Assembly: GCA_000004985.1 (NCBI GenBank) | Contig: GG738877.1 | Source of the DNA: Naegleria gruberi | Lineage: Eukaryota | Length of the DNA: 64,000 nt | Strand: one strand, 5' to 3' | In this document: in pieces, positions 49,014 to 60,800 of the stretch | Layout of the letters: each line of letters begins with the position of its first letter | Position numbering within the stretch: the first letter of the stretch is position 1 | Notes under the pieces: generated by a model | Told to the model about the DNA's origin: nothing | The model's input: only the letters and a program-made list of their open reading frames with translations | Database searches by the model: none | Program-made: the position numbers and the translations under genes

Positions 49014-51386
49014 TTAATGTTGAGTTTGGCCTCTAGGTGTTGAAAATCTTGGTGTAAGCTTGAGTTGGTCAAAATCTATACTACTTGAGAGAGATTTGCT
49101 GTCAATTGACTTATTCAAAACATCTTTTGCTGTTTCTATTGAATCAGGATTCACTCTCTTCAATAGATATTTACTTCTTTCTAAAAGAGTTCTCTGAAGT
49201 TGTTTCTTTTCGGCCAATTCTTGCTTTCCCTTTTCAATCATTTCAACCTTCTTGTTCTTTTCCTCAATAACAGCTAATGCTTGGAGCTTTTTGAATTCTT
49301 CAACCCTCTTTGTTCTTTCAATTACTTCTGCCTTGTCCATATCTTTTAATCTTTGTTCTTCAGCCTTTCTTTGAGATTCTCTTCTAGCTTTCTCCAAAAG
49401 TTCCTTTCTAATTTGCTCTTCTTTTTGTTGTCTTGTTAAAATCTTTTCAACTTTCTTTTCAGTTTCTTCCTTATTCTTTTGAATAACTTCTAGTCTGTGG
49501 AATTCTCTGTTTTGTTCTTCTATTTTCTTTCTTTGGGTGAGCGTATTCTTTTCATTCTCAAATTTCTTTAATTGGTCTTCTGTCATCATGATTTTTTCAT
49601 TTATCTTATTCAGCTTTTCTTGTTCATTCAATTGTCCTCTTTGTTGTGCTTCTTTAACCTTTTTTTCTTTGCTCATAGCCCTTTGTTTAGTTTGGAGGAG
49701 AATTTTGCTCTTTTGGGTCTCAAATTCTTTCATTCTCTTTTCAAATTGTTCTTGTCTTTCAAGGAGAGATTGCTCTTTCAGTTTTTGATTCTGCTCATCT
49801 CTCATTTGGGTTTGTTTAATCTTATCATCCTTCTTTAACTTTAGCATATCAGTTTTACTCTTGGCATCCCTTAACCTAGCTTCAACTTGTTGTTGTCTTT
49901 TTTCATCTTTTTGATCAACAGATCTTTGCTTTTCAAGTTCTATTAATTTTCTTTCATTTCGTAATCTTTCCAATTCTTGTTGTCTTTCTAGTATGCTTTG
50001 ATCTCTCTTTCTGTTAGCTTCCATTTGTCTTTCCACTCTTTTTTGTCTTTCCTTTTCAATTCTTTCTTCTCTTTCTTTGAGTCTATTTTCTCTTTCTGCC
50101 AGTTTACGTTTTGAATCTATTTCATATTGTACTAAATGTTCAATATAGGTTCTGTTATGTTTGAATTGACTCTCTACCTTATTTTGTTCTTCTATCAGAA
50201 CTCTGTAAGAGTCTTCCATCCTTTCTTCTTCAAAATCAAATACACCTGAAATATCTTCATCCTCTATAATGATCTTTTGTCTTTCTTCCCTGACCATCAT
50301 GAGTTTTTCTTTTCTTCTGGTTTCATAGTGGGCCCATCTCATTTTACCAACCTCTTCAGAGACACCTTTGGTGAATTCTGATTCTGGTTTTTTCAAGAGT
50401 TCTAATGGGGTTATTCCTGTTCTCAAACATGCTTCAATACTTCTAGGAGATGTTAATAAAATTGGTTCTTTTGATTCCTCATCAAAACTTTCCAAACTTA
50501 TTACAGTCTTCCCATTATAACTCATTCCCATAGATTCTAGGGTTCTTTTCACTTCCAAAAAATCAGACATGCTTGCAAATGCTCCAGTTGCACCCTTAGT
50601 TGGAGGAGTAAACATTTTTGAAATTCTTTCTCTTGATTGAGATCTTCTTTTCGAATTCATTGCTCCAGGTCCTGTAGAAAGAGGATGTTTAGGAGAGAGA
50701 AGATTCAAGGACTGTCTTGTTGGAGTTTTTGGAGTTTTCTTTGGTTCATCAAATGTTGGACTGGCAGTAAAGTTTCTTTCAATTCTTTCCTTTTTGTCGA
50801 TAATTGGCTTGTCTGTGGAGTGAATTGGTTTAGATTTTTTAATCTCTTGACTATGGGAAACAGATGGTTGATTGATAGGATATTTTTCGTATCTTTGAAT
50901 AGGTGTTGAAGCTTTTGGTGATCGATTAGGAGGAAGTGAAAGCTTTGGGACAAATGAAGGAACCTTATATTGAGAGTTACCAAATGATGGACTCTCCCTT
51001 CTAATACTGTTTGTTGTTTGGGGGTGTGTTCGAGAAGGTGATGGCAGTCCCACCTTAATCAATGTTTTCGGTTTTTGTATTGCTAGTTTATCATGATAAA
51101 AATCCGAGCTGGAGTTTGCTCTAGGAGTAGATACATCATCAGCACTGAAATCATTACAATCATCCTCATAACTAGAAGTTTGATATTCTTCTTCTGTCTT
51201 TGATGATTCCTTAGTAGAGTTTTCCTCAAAAGATGATGATTGTTGATACTCCATAGTTGAATCCTCAGTTTCTTCTAGCATTGTTGCTGGTTCTTCTTGC
51301 TCACTATAATTATTGATTTCATGTTGAGGCTGAGAGTCTTCCGATGGTTCTTCACCATGGAAAGTCTTTGGCTCAGGTTGTTCCAT
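49014..51386 (-). CDS. Charged E/K/R/Q-rich coiled-coil protein with a trichohyalin-plectin-homology (TPH)-like repeat character, possibly ciliary. It has an S/T/P-rich N-terminal region. Single long ORF.
   Basis: The ATG at 51386 reads MEQPEPKT.... The middle contains SLESFDEESKEPILLTSPRSIEACLRTGITPLELL and KMRWAHYETRRKEKL. About 450 aa of ERxxRxKEREERIEKERQKRVERQ-type heptads follow. No catalytic motif is present. Confidence 0.45.
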   Translation of the reverse strand: MEQPEPKTFHGEEPSEDSQPQHEINNYSEQEEPATMLEETEDSTMEYQQSSSFEENSTKESSKTEEEYQTSSYEDDCNDFSADDVSTPRANSSSDFYHDKLAIQKPKTLIKVGLPSPSRTHPQTTNSIRRESPSFGNSQYKVPSFVPKLSLPPNRSPKASTPIQRYEKYPINQPSVSHSQEIKKSKPIHSTDKPIIDKKERIERNFTASPTFDEPKKTPKTPTRQSLNLLSPKHPLSTGPGAMNSKRRSQSRERISKMFTPPTKGATGAFASMSDFLEVKRTLESMGMSYNGKTVISLESFDEESKEPILLTSPRSIEACLRTGITPLELLKKPESEFTKGVSEEVGKMRWAHYETRRKEKLMMVREERQKIIIEDEDISGVFDFEEERMEDSYRVLIEEQNKVESQFKHNRTYIEHLVQYEIDSKRKLAERENRLKEREERIEKERQKRVERQMEANRKRDQSILERQQELERLRNERKLIELEKQRSVDQKDEKRQQQVEARLRDAKSKTDMLKLKKDDKIKQTQMRDEQNQKLKEQSLLERQEQFEKRMKEFETQKSKILLQTKQRAMSKEKKVKEAQQRGQLNEQEKLNKINEKIMMTEDQLKKFENEKNTLTQRKKIEEQNREFHRLEVIQKNKEETEKKVEKILTRQQKEEQIRKELLEKARRESQRKAEEQRLKDMDKAEVIERTKRVEEFKKLQALAVIEEKNKKVEMIEKGKQELAEKKQLQRTLLERSKYLLKRVNPDSIETAKDVLNKSIDSKSLSSSIDFDQLKLTPRFSTPRGQTQH

Positions 51387-51589
51387 TTTCAATTTTTTTA
51401 AATCTTCAGTTGGTTTTTTGGAGCGGATTCAAGTTTTACAATTCAGAGAAGGTCAAAAGGAAGATAAAAAACGAACCACAAATGTTTTCTTTTTTTTTAA
51501 AATTTTTTTCTAACGGGTGACCACTTTGATGCCACATCAACTACTGATGATTAACACTGTGAATGGTTGCTACTGACGATTGCGAAATG

Positions 51590-52360
51590 AATCACAAAGC
51601 AGATATTTGGCTGATCTTTCTTTAATGCACTCTGTGTATTAAGGCCATTTTTGAACACTTAACAGCCCATGCTCTTGGAAAGCTAGGTTTGAGGTGCATC
51701 TTCTTTTTAAGGTTTGTACTGGCAGGTTGAGTAGTAGCACTATGATACCTGTTGAAAAGAGATAATAAAGGGATAAAGCAACAAAATCTTAAATTTCTTT
51801 TAAGAAAGTGAAATTCAACTTCTAATCAAGGAAAGTTGACTTTATTTTAATTGAACTTCAAATTATCTTTCTTCAATTCAGGCTTATTTTGATTATTCTT
51901 CAAGTATGGTTGCACTGAAATCTGTTCAATATTGGAAAAAAGTAGATTTTAGTGCAAGATTTTTTCCTAGACTTTTTACTTGAAGAATTTTCATCCAGAG
52001 TTAGAGCTGGATTTTGAGCTGCATAAATGCTACAAAATACTGTTAACTATTAAAGAAAGAAATCGCCTTGCTTTGATGCAATATTAAGACCGTTTTTGAA
52101 CATTGTGGCTTGCATTCCTTATCGTCTATGCATTCTTTCATCAAGTGCATTACAGTTATTAAACAATACACTCATCACCAACGGTCGTGATTCTGAATTA
52201 GAGAAGTGGTTCTTCTTTTTAAAGTTTGAGCGTTGAATGACAGGGCATGTTTTGGTCAGATTACGATTTTATTACATTTCATTCCCTTGTGTTACTTGCT
52301 GATCTTTTATGTGTAGCGAAAGAGATAATCAAATTTACATAGTAATCAAAAGAAAAAAGA
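51590..52360. repeat. Diverged tandem duplication: unit A is about 51590-51790 and unit B about 52020-52360 (with an insertion). It lies inside an ORF-free 1.2 kb divergent intergenic region.
   Basis: Shared collinear blocks are attaaggccatttttgaacac / attaagaccgtttttgaacat, cttctttttaaggtttg...gcaggttgagtag / cttctttttaaagtttgagcg...gacagggcatg, and gaaaagagataataaag / gaaagagataatcaaa. There is no ORF of 60 aa or more on either strand between 51393 and 52593. Confidence 0.5.
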
Positions 52361-52593
52361 GTGCCTATTCATTTGGCCTTTATTAGCTCAGCCATTTAGT
52401 TGAAAAGCTTTTAAATTAGTGGTTCATGATTTGAGGAGGAACGCAAACAGAACGATAGGAGCATCGTGCCTCAAACTTTTTCATTTACTTTTTAATAAGA
52501 TAAACCTACCAAAATAATTCTATTACACCCGCGTCTGTACATTCCATTGGCGGGAAGTCTTCTATTGAACACAATTATCAGCTGCTATAAAAA

Positions 52594-55232
52594 ATGAATG
52601 AAAACAAAATTTCCCTCCCACACATACAATTTTCATTCCCTGAGCTCTCATCATCGATAGCTCCATCTGTTTCTGAAGTATCACTAACAGAAATCCAAAA
52701 GAATGCTCAGGTATGTAATTTTTAAAATCGTTTTGTATTAAGAATTGTATTATAAATCATACATGATTAAAATATAGAAAAAAGGACAATTATTGGAGAG
52801 GTATCTAGTGGATGAAAATTTAGGAGAAGTCGAACGAGCTGTTCTTCTTCTTTCATCAGGTACTTCTGTACAAAAATGTTCCGTACTCGAAAATCTTCCC
52901 TCTCTTTTTCAAAGACAACAACAAGCTGTTTCGCGAATAATACTTCTCTTTTCTGTAGGTTTTTAGTTGCGATTATTGCTTAATGTTTGTAATAGGATAA
53001 AATCAACAAAGAGGATGAGGATACACAAATTATGATTGGAGATTATCTTGTTCCTTGCTTTCCTTTGATGTCTGGAGAAAATTTGAAAGAGCTGTTCCCT
53101 CTTCTCCAATCAATGATTAATAACGCTAAGGATCATGTATCTTCTGTTTTTCAAGATGTTTTAATTCTTGCAGTAGAACATATCCCTATTGGGTTATTGG
53201 AAAATGAAATCATACCTTTTGCTATTCAGAAGGGTAGTCTCTCGGAGTCTGAACAGAATAGATGTTTTTGTGTCAGATTGTTTGGAGCCTTGTCCAAGAG
53301 GTTTACATTCCAAACAATTAAGGATCATTATCTCCAAAAAATCATTGATTTATGTCAAGATACATCCTTCTCTGTGAGGAAAACAATGGCCATAGAGATT
53401 CTAAATATTTCTAAAGGGCTGGGGTAAGTTTATTTACATGCTTTTGTTATTTATTGTAATTTATTCCAGACCAGAGAAAACAAAACAATACTTGTTATTA
53501 GAACTTATTCAATTAGTTAAGGACGAGACAAAATTAGTGAGACAAGCTGCTATAGAAACACTAACCAGCCTGTTAAGCTTTTTTGATGAAAAATATAGAA
53601 TTGATTACCTTCAAAAGTTCTACATCAACTGGATTAAATCACCACCAAGTGACCTCTACAGAACATTGGTTGAGCGTTTTGGAGAAATTTTCTTCTACTT
53701 GTGTTTCAAAGATGAAGGTCATCTCTCTTATCTTATTCAGTTCTTTGTGAACGCTTCAAAAGATAACTCACAAGAAATACGAGAATTTTGTGCATTCAAC
53801 TTTCCTGCTGTTGTGAAATGTGTAGGGTCCAAAAGATACGAGAAACAGCTTCATAACTGTTTGGTAGTGTTATGTGAGGATCCTTCGTCTCAAGTTAGAA
53901 TAAGGATTGCCTCTGGATTTCATGAAATTTTAAAGTTGTTAGCAGAGGATGGAACAGCAAAAGTACTGAAGAATTTATTCTTCTCTTTGCTTTCTGTAAG
54001 TAATCTTAAAATGGAAATGTTGTAACCTTAAAAGGATGTGAACAATGAGGTCAAGGACAAGATTGTACAAAACCTTACAACTATTTTAACATGCTTCAAG
54101 ACTGCTCTTGCTAAAACATCAGAACCATTTTTTGGTTTAGTAATCACTCACATCAACAAGTATCATAGTGGTGTTCAAAACAACTGGAGAAGATTGGAAA
54201 ACTACTTTTCTCACTTCCAACACTTCCACAAATACTTTTCTAAGGAACAAATCATTGAGACATTTATTCCAATTTTGAGGAAACAAATATTTGAAGGAGT
54301 TGCCATTCCAGTTAAACTTCAAGCAGCTTTATCTCTTGTTATTTTGACAAGAGGATTACATAACTTGAGCAGACAAAAGGACATTTTCAACTCATTGATT
54401 AAGGAGTTGGTAAACAGCAAATCATGGTGTAACAGAATGATGTTTTTCGATTTATGTCACCCTATTATGGAACATTTCAGTAGAAAATTCTCAAAAGAAA
54501 TACTGTTTGAAAATGTTATGAAATTGGAAAAGGATAAAATTGCAAATGTTAGGAGAAGATTTTGTTTCATGCTCCCAGAGCTAAAACAAACTTTGACATT
54601 GCCAGATGATGTTATTTTATTAGCAAAAATTAAGGAAAAACTTTCGTATTTGAGTTTGGATAAGGATCGAGATGTTAAAGAAGCAGCTGTCTCGGCTAAA
54701 AACATTCTCTCAATGATTGAAACGGAAACAAACAGAGGTTTTAGACTTAATCTTCAAACACAAGATGATATCAATGATAAACGAAAGGAAAGAGAGGAAC
54801 AAGAATGGCCAGATAAGGACTTCCTAATGACCTCACCTGTTCCAGTTATCAACTCAGCAAACAACTCCCCTCCTTCGACAACAAGTGGTCCAAGAAAAAG
54901 ACCACCTGCAACAACAAGCAATTCCAAAACAAATTTGAATATTCCAACTACATCAACTACAAAAACCAAATCTCCTAGTCCTTCTCCAACACCTTCTAAT
55001 CCTGTCAAACCAACAACTAACAAGACTGTTTCCACAGTAACAATTCCAACAACCACAACACCAAAACCAACGTAAGTTTTCAAATATTCAATTTTACTTA
55101 TTAATGAACAGAGTTACAAAACCTCTCCTGAAAGACTCCTCAAAACCCAAAAGCAAATCATCCCCAACACTCGCAACATTGGGCTCATTGTCTTCAGTAA
55201 GAACTACCTCCTCTCAATCCAAGCACCAATAA
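52594..55232 (+). CDS. PPP4R4: Serine/threonine-protein phosphatase 4 regulatory subunit 4 (PPP4R4, HEAT-repeat) with an S/T/P/K-rich C-terminal tail. Six exons: 52594..52710, 52778..52954, 52996..53423, 53470..53995, 54035..55071, 55112..55232.
   Basis: YLVDENLGEVERAVLLLSSGTSVQKCSVLENLPSLFQRQ aligns with human TVDEDLSDIERAVYLLSAGQDVQGTSVIANLPFLMRQ. QEIREFCAFNFPAVVKCV...LCEDPSSQVRIRIASGFHEILKLL aligns with ISVRKNCAYNFPAMIVFV...LCHDPEVPVRYTIAICFYEVSKLL. ANVRRRFCFMLPELKQTL aligns with ANVRMKLCYLLPKVKSTL. Introns are 40-67 nt. Confidence 0.8.
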
Positions 55233-55281
55233 ATATCCAATTAAGAACTAATCCAACAAATCACAAAACCTTCACAAAAAA

Positions 55282-57765
55282 ATGCCAGCACAAGAAAAGA
55301 AGAAAGTATCCGTCATCCAACAAGCACTTACCAGTGATCGGAAAATAAAGATTGATGATCAGGTAGGACAAAAAAGAATGGACATGTTGAAGCAACATTT
55401 GAATCCAGTGCTAACAACACCAACTCCACAACAGAAAAAAGAAGCAAAAGATACCAAACCACCAACTGTTGCTCCAACAAAATCTTCTGAAAAAGTTGCT
55501 GTCAAACCATCCGAAACATTTCCTTTCAATGAATTTTCAAAATTTATTTCACCATTCACCCCAAAGGAGGAAAAATCATACTTAAGAGTGATTCAAGCAA
55601 TGAAAGACAGACCCGACCTCTTTGCTGCACCTGATTTGGACATGCCAAGAATTGAACAAATGGATTATAATTATGAGAGAGTAGGTTTAAATATAATATA
55701 TAATTTAAATAGTTTATCATGAAAATGCAAATTCAAATGGGTGAATATTTTAGTTGAAATATCTAGTATTGGAAAAGAGATGTTTTTCAATTGAGACATT
55801 GGAACACGATACTGCATCATTTTTTGCTGGAGTCTTTGCTGCTGCATATTTTGATCAAGCCTTATCAACCAAAATTATGCTCCAGGTAATTATCAATGTT
55901 AATTAAATTACTGACTCGGAATAGTTTAGTTTTTGGGGAGGTACTTTATTAAGTCTTGGTACTCAAAGACATAGAAAATATTTGGAAAAAATTGACAACT
56001 TAGAATTGATGGGAAGTTAGTATGTTTTATTTCGAGTGTTTGTAATTTTCTAATAATTTTAGTGCTATTACTGAGCTTGCACACGGATCTAATGTTAAAG
56101 GAATTCAAACAACAGCTACTTATTGTAAAGAAACTGATACATTTGAAATTAACACTCCAAATAGAGAATCATGCAAATTTTGGATTGGAAACTCTAGACA
56201 TTGTCATATGTGTTTAGTATTTGCTCAACTTTATGTTGGTAATGAAAATCATGGTGTTCATTGCCTTGTAGTTCCTGTTAGAAATCCAAGCACTAATGAA
56301 ATTTATGATGGTGTAACCATTGGTGATTGTACTGTTAAGGAGGGTTTGAATAATCTCGATAACGGATTCCTTATGTTTAACAAAGTTCATGTCCCAAGAG
56401 AAAACTTGTTAAACAAGTATGGTGATGTTACACCAGAAGGTTTATATGTTAGTGAAATCAAGTCAGCCAACCAAAGATTTGGATCAATGATGTCAACTTT
56501 AACAATGGGAAGAACAACCATTTGCGTCAACTCTGCCCAAGTCCTTTCCAAAGTTTTATGTAGGTATTAGGTATTACTTTTTTATTAACCCATTTTCAGT
56601 TTTAACTTTAGGATTTTCATTTGAAAGAAGACAATTCGGTATCCCTAATCAATCAGAATATCCAGTAATTAATTTTCAATCACAAAAAACTGTATTATAT
56701 CCAATGTTGGCCAAATTCTTTGCATTTAGATTTGCCTCCAATCAAGTATTCCACTTGTACGTGAATCGTACTCCTGAAACAACTCAAAAGCTTCACATAA
56801 TGAGCGCTGGTTATAAGGCATATCTGACTGATTCCACTCAAACATGTATTGTCAAGTTGAGAGAAAAGTGTGGTGGCTTGGGCTATTCAAATCTTAATAG
56901 AATTGGACAAGCTATTTGTAATCACGATATTTACAAGACTTTTGAAGGTGATAATACTGTTCTATTGGTAAGTTTTCAATATATTCTTTTATTTTAACAT
57001 TATAAATAGCAAGAAGTATCCAAATATCTCCTTGGTAATTATAACAAGGTAATGGGCGAGAAATACTCAAGCGTTTTCTCCTCAGTTGGTTATTACTTAT
57101 TAGACTCCTTGAATGATAATGTAAAATCAAGACAATTGAAAAACTCAACCAATTTGCTTGATCCAAACTTTTACTTGTCATTATTCGACGTCAAACTTGA
57201 AAAGCAAGTTCAATCTGCTGCTCTCAGATTTAGAAATATTCTAAATGAACTCAATCTTTCCACTAAAGATAATATTCCAAAGGAGCAAAAGAAGGCACTC
57301 AATCATTTCAATGCCTGGAATATGGTACAAAATCAATTGTTGGATGCAGCAACAGCCTACATTGAAAATGAACTTTTAGCATTATTCCACAGCAAAGTTG
57401 AGGAATGCAAGAATCCAACAATCAAGAAGGTTTTAACCAAACAACTCAATTTATTCGTTGTTGATTTATTGGAAAAGAATATGACATACTTTTTAACTCA
57501 TCAATTAATTACACCAGAAGTTGGAAAACAATTGGTCAAGGAGAAATCCAAGCTTATTGACTCAATTGATTATGTTGAACTTTTGAATATTGTTAAGGCA
57601 GTTATCGATCAAGACTCAATCCCTGTCCCAATTTGTAATAATGAAGGATTAGTCAGTGGTAAAGTATCATCTGATCCATCTCCAATCTACTCTTCCATGC
57701 TCAAGGCTGCTCTCTCCAATAAGCAATTATTTGGTAATGCTTCTGCTGAAAAACTTGGTCTTTAA
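55282..57765 (+). CDS. ACOX: Acyl-CoA oxidase (peroxisomal ACOX family). About seven exons; ORF blocks are 55282..~55680, ~55766..55888, ~55940..56028, ~56067..56571, ~56620..56978 and ~57022..57765, approximate. The C-terminus is ...AEKLGL.
   Basis: FNEFSKFISPFTPKEEK...DLDMPRIEQMDYNYER resembles ACOX1 FNPELLTHILDGSPEK...DLNFLTRSQRYEVAVR. ELAHGSNVKGIQTTATYCKETDTFEINTP is present. NHGVHCLVVPVR and DNGFLMFNKVHVPRENLLNKY match HGLHAFIVPIR and DNGYLKMDNHRIPRENML. FEGDNTVLL is present. The start is 50 nt after the PPP4R4 stop. Confidence 0.8.
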
Positions 57766-57817
57766 AGAATTTTCCCAAAGCAAATAGATTTTACAAACAT
57801 TAACTCGAAAATATTTA

Positions 57818-60800
57818 TTAATATAAAAACTCATAAGAAAGATAAAGCTTTCCTTTAACTTTTTCAATTTCCTTTGGCTTCTTTTGGATTAGCAGATTTG
57901 GTTTGAGTGGATATGAAACCTCTGTACCATCAACAATGTCCTTCATATTTACAGACACTAATCCCATATAATTATCTTTTGAAATAGATTCCTTATCGTA
58001 CATATGGAATGCCAAAACTCTTGTGTCAGCTTTAATATCTCCAATCAATTTTCTAATAGATTTGATTAATTAAATAACAAAAAATAACAAACATACATCA
58101 TGAAACTTTGATTCCACACAGGATTCAAACATTTCTTAATTGGATCTGTAATAAATAAACTTGTTTTCTTCTTATTGACTTCTTTCTTTCCATCATCAAA
58201 TTTGGCTACAACATATGGATCAGAACTATATTGTGATTAGTAATTTGATTATTTGAAATACTTACTGTTTGTCATTATTGTGAGCAGGTAGATCTACTGC
58301 CTTAATAATCTTGACCATTAAATGCTTTGGTGGTTCAGGAAGCAAACAATTAAAGTCTTGCATATTTACCTTGCATAATGCTTGTGAATTAATCATTCTC
58401 GTACCAACATCCTTCATAACAGACAATACTGACAAGACATCTCCAACCTTTGCCCATCCACATTTGGAAGGATCAATTACTACTCTAAACTTTTCACCTC
58501 CAACAATTTGATCAAAATATTTCAAAACAATTATTTCACCAGGTGGAGGAACTGCAGTCAACTCAAAATTAATAACAATACCAAGCATTTGTGTTTGAAT
58601 ATCATAATCCTTATAACTAACTTCAAATCTAGAATTTTCACCTGCATAAGTAAATCTCTTTTGACTTGTAATAATTTCAACACAAAGCGGATTACCATAT
58701 CTACAATTTTGTTCAGTCAATTCAATTGCACTATTGACTGTCAAAACCTGAAGCTTTGGTTTGTATTGAATCTTTGATGCTTCAACTGCCATAACAGAAG
58801 TGACAATATCCTTATAGATATCATCAACAAATGGTGTAGAAACTGTTTCTTTTGGTGCTAAAACTCTGGCAGCAGGTCTCAAACGAATATAATCAGATAA
58901 CATTTCCTTTCTGATCTTTTCAATCCAGTTGGTTTCTCTGTTAAAATCTGCTCTCAATGGCACTACTTTCCACAAATCTGATTTGATATCTACCTTCTCC
59001 AATTTAATCATGAGCATATCAGTTTCGAATGATGGTTTAATCACTGTTTTGTCCTTAATCTTTTTGAGAGCTTCCTGTTGATCATTCAAACTCAAATCTT
59101 GAACAGTGACAGCAAATAAATCTTGATTCTTCTCCTCATCGTAAACAATAAAACGATGAGTTTCATCAACAATGGAATTAATAAATCCTTGAGAAAGTGT
59201 TCTTGGTCTAGTTTCATCCTCAAAATCACAATCATAATATGGTTTTGGTTCACCTCTGATAGTTGTTTCAGGTAATCTCAATGAAATTTTGATGAACAAT
59301 GTCTTGAGAGATGGGAAATTAGCAACCTGATCCTTCAACGCAAGTTCAAAGGCAGTATTATACTTATTTTTTGCCTGTTTGGCAGTTTCATGGTATACAT
59401 GATAGCCATACTTATCAAAATAACATAAATCCATTGTAATGAATGGTTTCTTTGAGAGTTTACGTGTGAATCCTTCATCTTCATCATCGTCATCATTCTC
59501 CACAAGATATGGAGCCAATCTTTTACCTAATCTCAATTTAACATGCAATGGTTTTTGAGTAGAAAATTCAACTGTTGTACTCATATTAGCAGAGGCATTG
59601 GAAAGGAGTGGACAAGTATCAACAGTATCAATTAGAGGAGAGACAACTGGCATATGTCTGACAGCATACTTGTAAGCACCCAAGTGACCAGACTGATCAG
59701 TGTACTGATCCATGTTATAGAGCTCCCATCTATGAGGACCATTATTCACTCTTGGCAATCTCTTTAAAACACCCCAAATCAAACAGCATTCAGTACCTGG
59801 AGAAGCAAAAAGAGAAGAAACAAGTTCCTTCTTTTCATTGTAAACTTTCATAACACTATCTCTAACTCTGATGAAATTAGTTTCAGAATTACCTTGGAAA
59901 ACTGAAACGAATAAAATCTTATCAATTCCATCAGGAACATGATTCAAATCAACAGAGAATGTACAATCAGATTTTGAATGAGTCTTTCCAACAATGACTG
60001 GTTTTTCACATGCTGGATTGAAAATAGGTTCTCCAATATGATTCATTACATAATTACCCTTATCCAAACAAGCTGCTTTTGAACTAATACTAAACTTTTT
60101 ACCAACCAAAGTATGTGAAATTTCAAAGTAAAAGTATTTAACTCCACTATTATGATGAGTTCCTTCCAAAACAACTGAATTATTCTTCTTTAATTCAAAG
60201 TATTTGTATGGTGAATGAACTAAATCATCATTTTGAGTTGGGAAAACATCTAAATTCAATTAAAAATATCAATTAATGAATCATTTGAATAATTGGAGAA
60301 CATACTTTTAGGAATTTGATCATGAATCAATCCTGTTTTGTAACATTCCATAATTGAACTTGTTTGATTTCCCAAATTCAATCCCAAAGGAGTAAATTGA
60401 CAAGTTTGTGAAGTGCTATCCATCCACAACATACTTGATAAGTAAATAACACGATTATTCTTAAATTTTGTAAGAGTGTTATATGAAAATGTGAATTTGC
60501 AATCTGATTTGAATTCTGTCTTGACATTCTTAGGTACATTATCACCATAAACATATTTTCCCCATTCAACAATTAAATTTGATTGAGGGCTGATAGCTTT
60601 ACTCAAATCACCTTCAACAAAAAAGATAAAACACTTTGCTTTACCTCTATATGTCTTTAGTGGATCGGATAAAGTTGCTCCAATATCAAATTCTTCATCA
60701 TCCATTGCTTGTTGTTTAAAAACTTCCATTTCATGAGCCACATCTAATTTACTTGCATTGAATGCTTCAATATAATTCATTCCTTTCAATGATTGTTTAT

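Noticed and set aside
51626-51740. Partial resemblance of 'gtactggcaggttgagtag…tatgatacc' to the U1 snRNA 5' end (ACUUACCUGGCAGG…GAUACCAUGAUC)
   Set aside because: Only short fragments match, and in the wrong spacing. The 5' splice-site-complementary ACUUACCU is not intact, and no Sm site was seen. I keep it only as a generic ncRNA candidate (see finding), not as U1.
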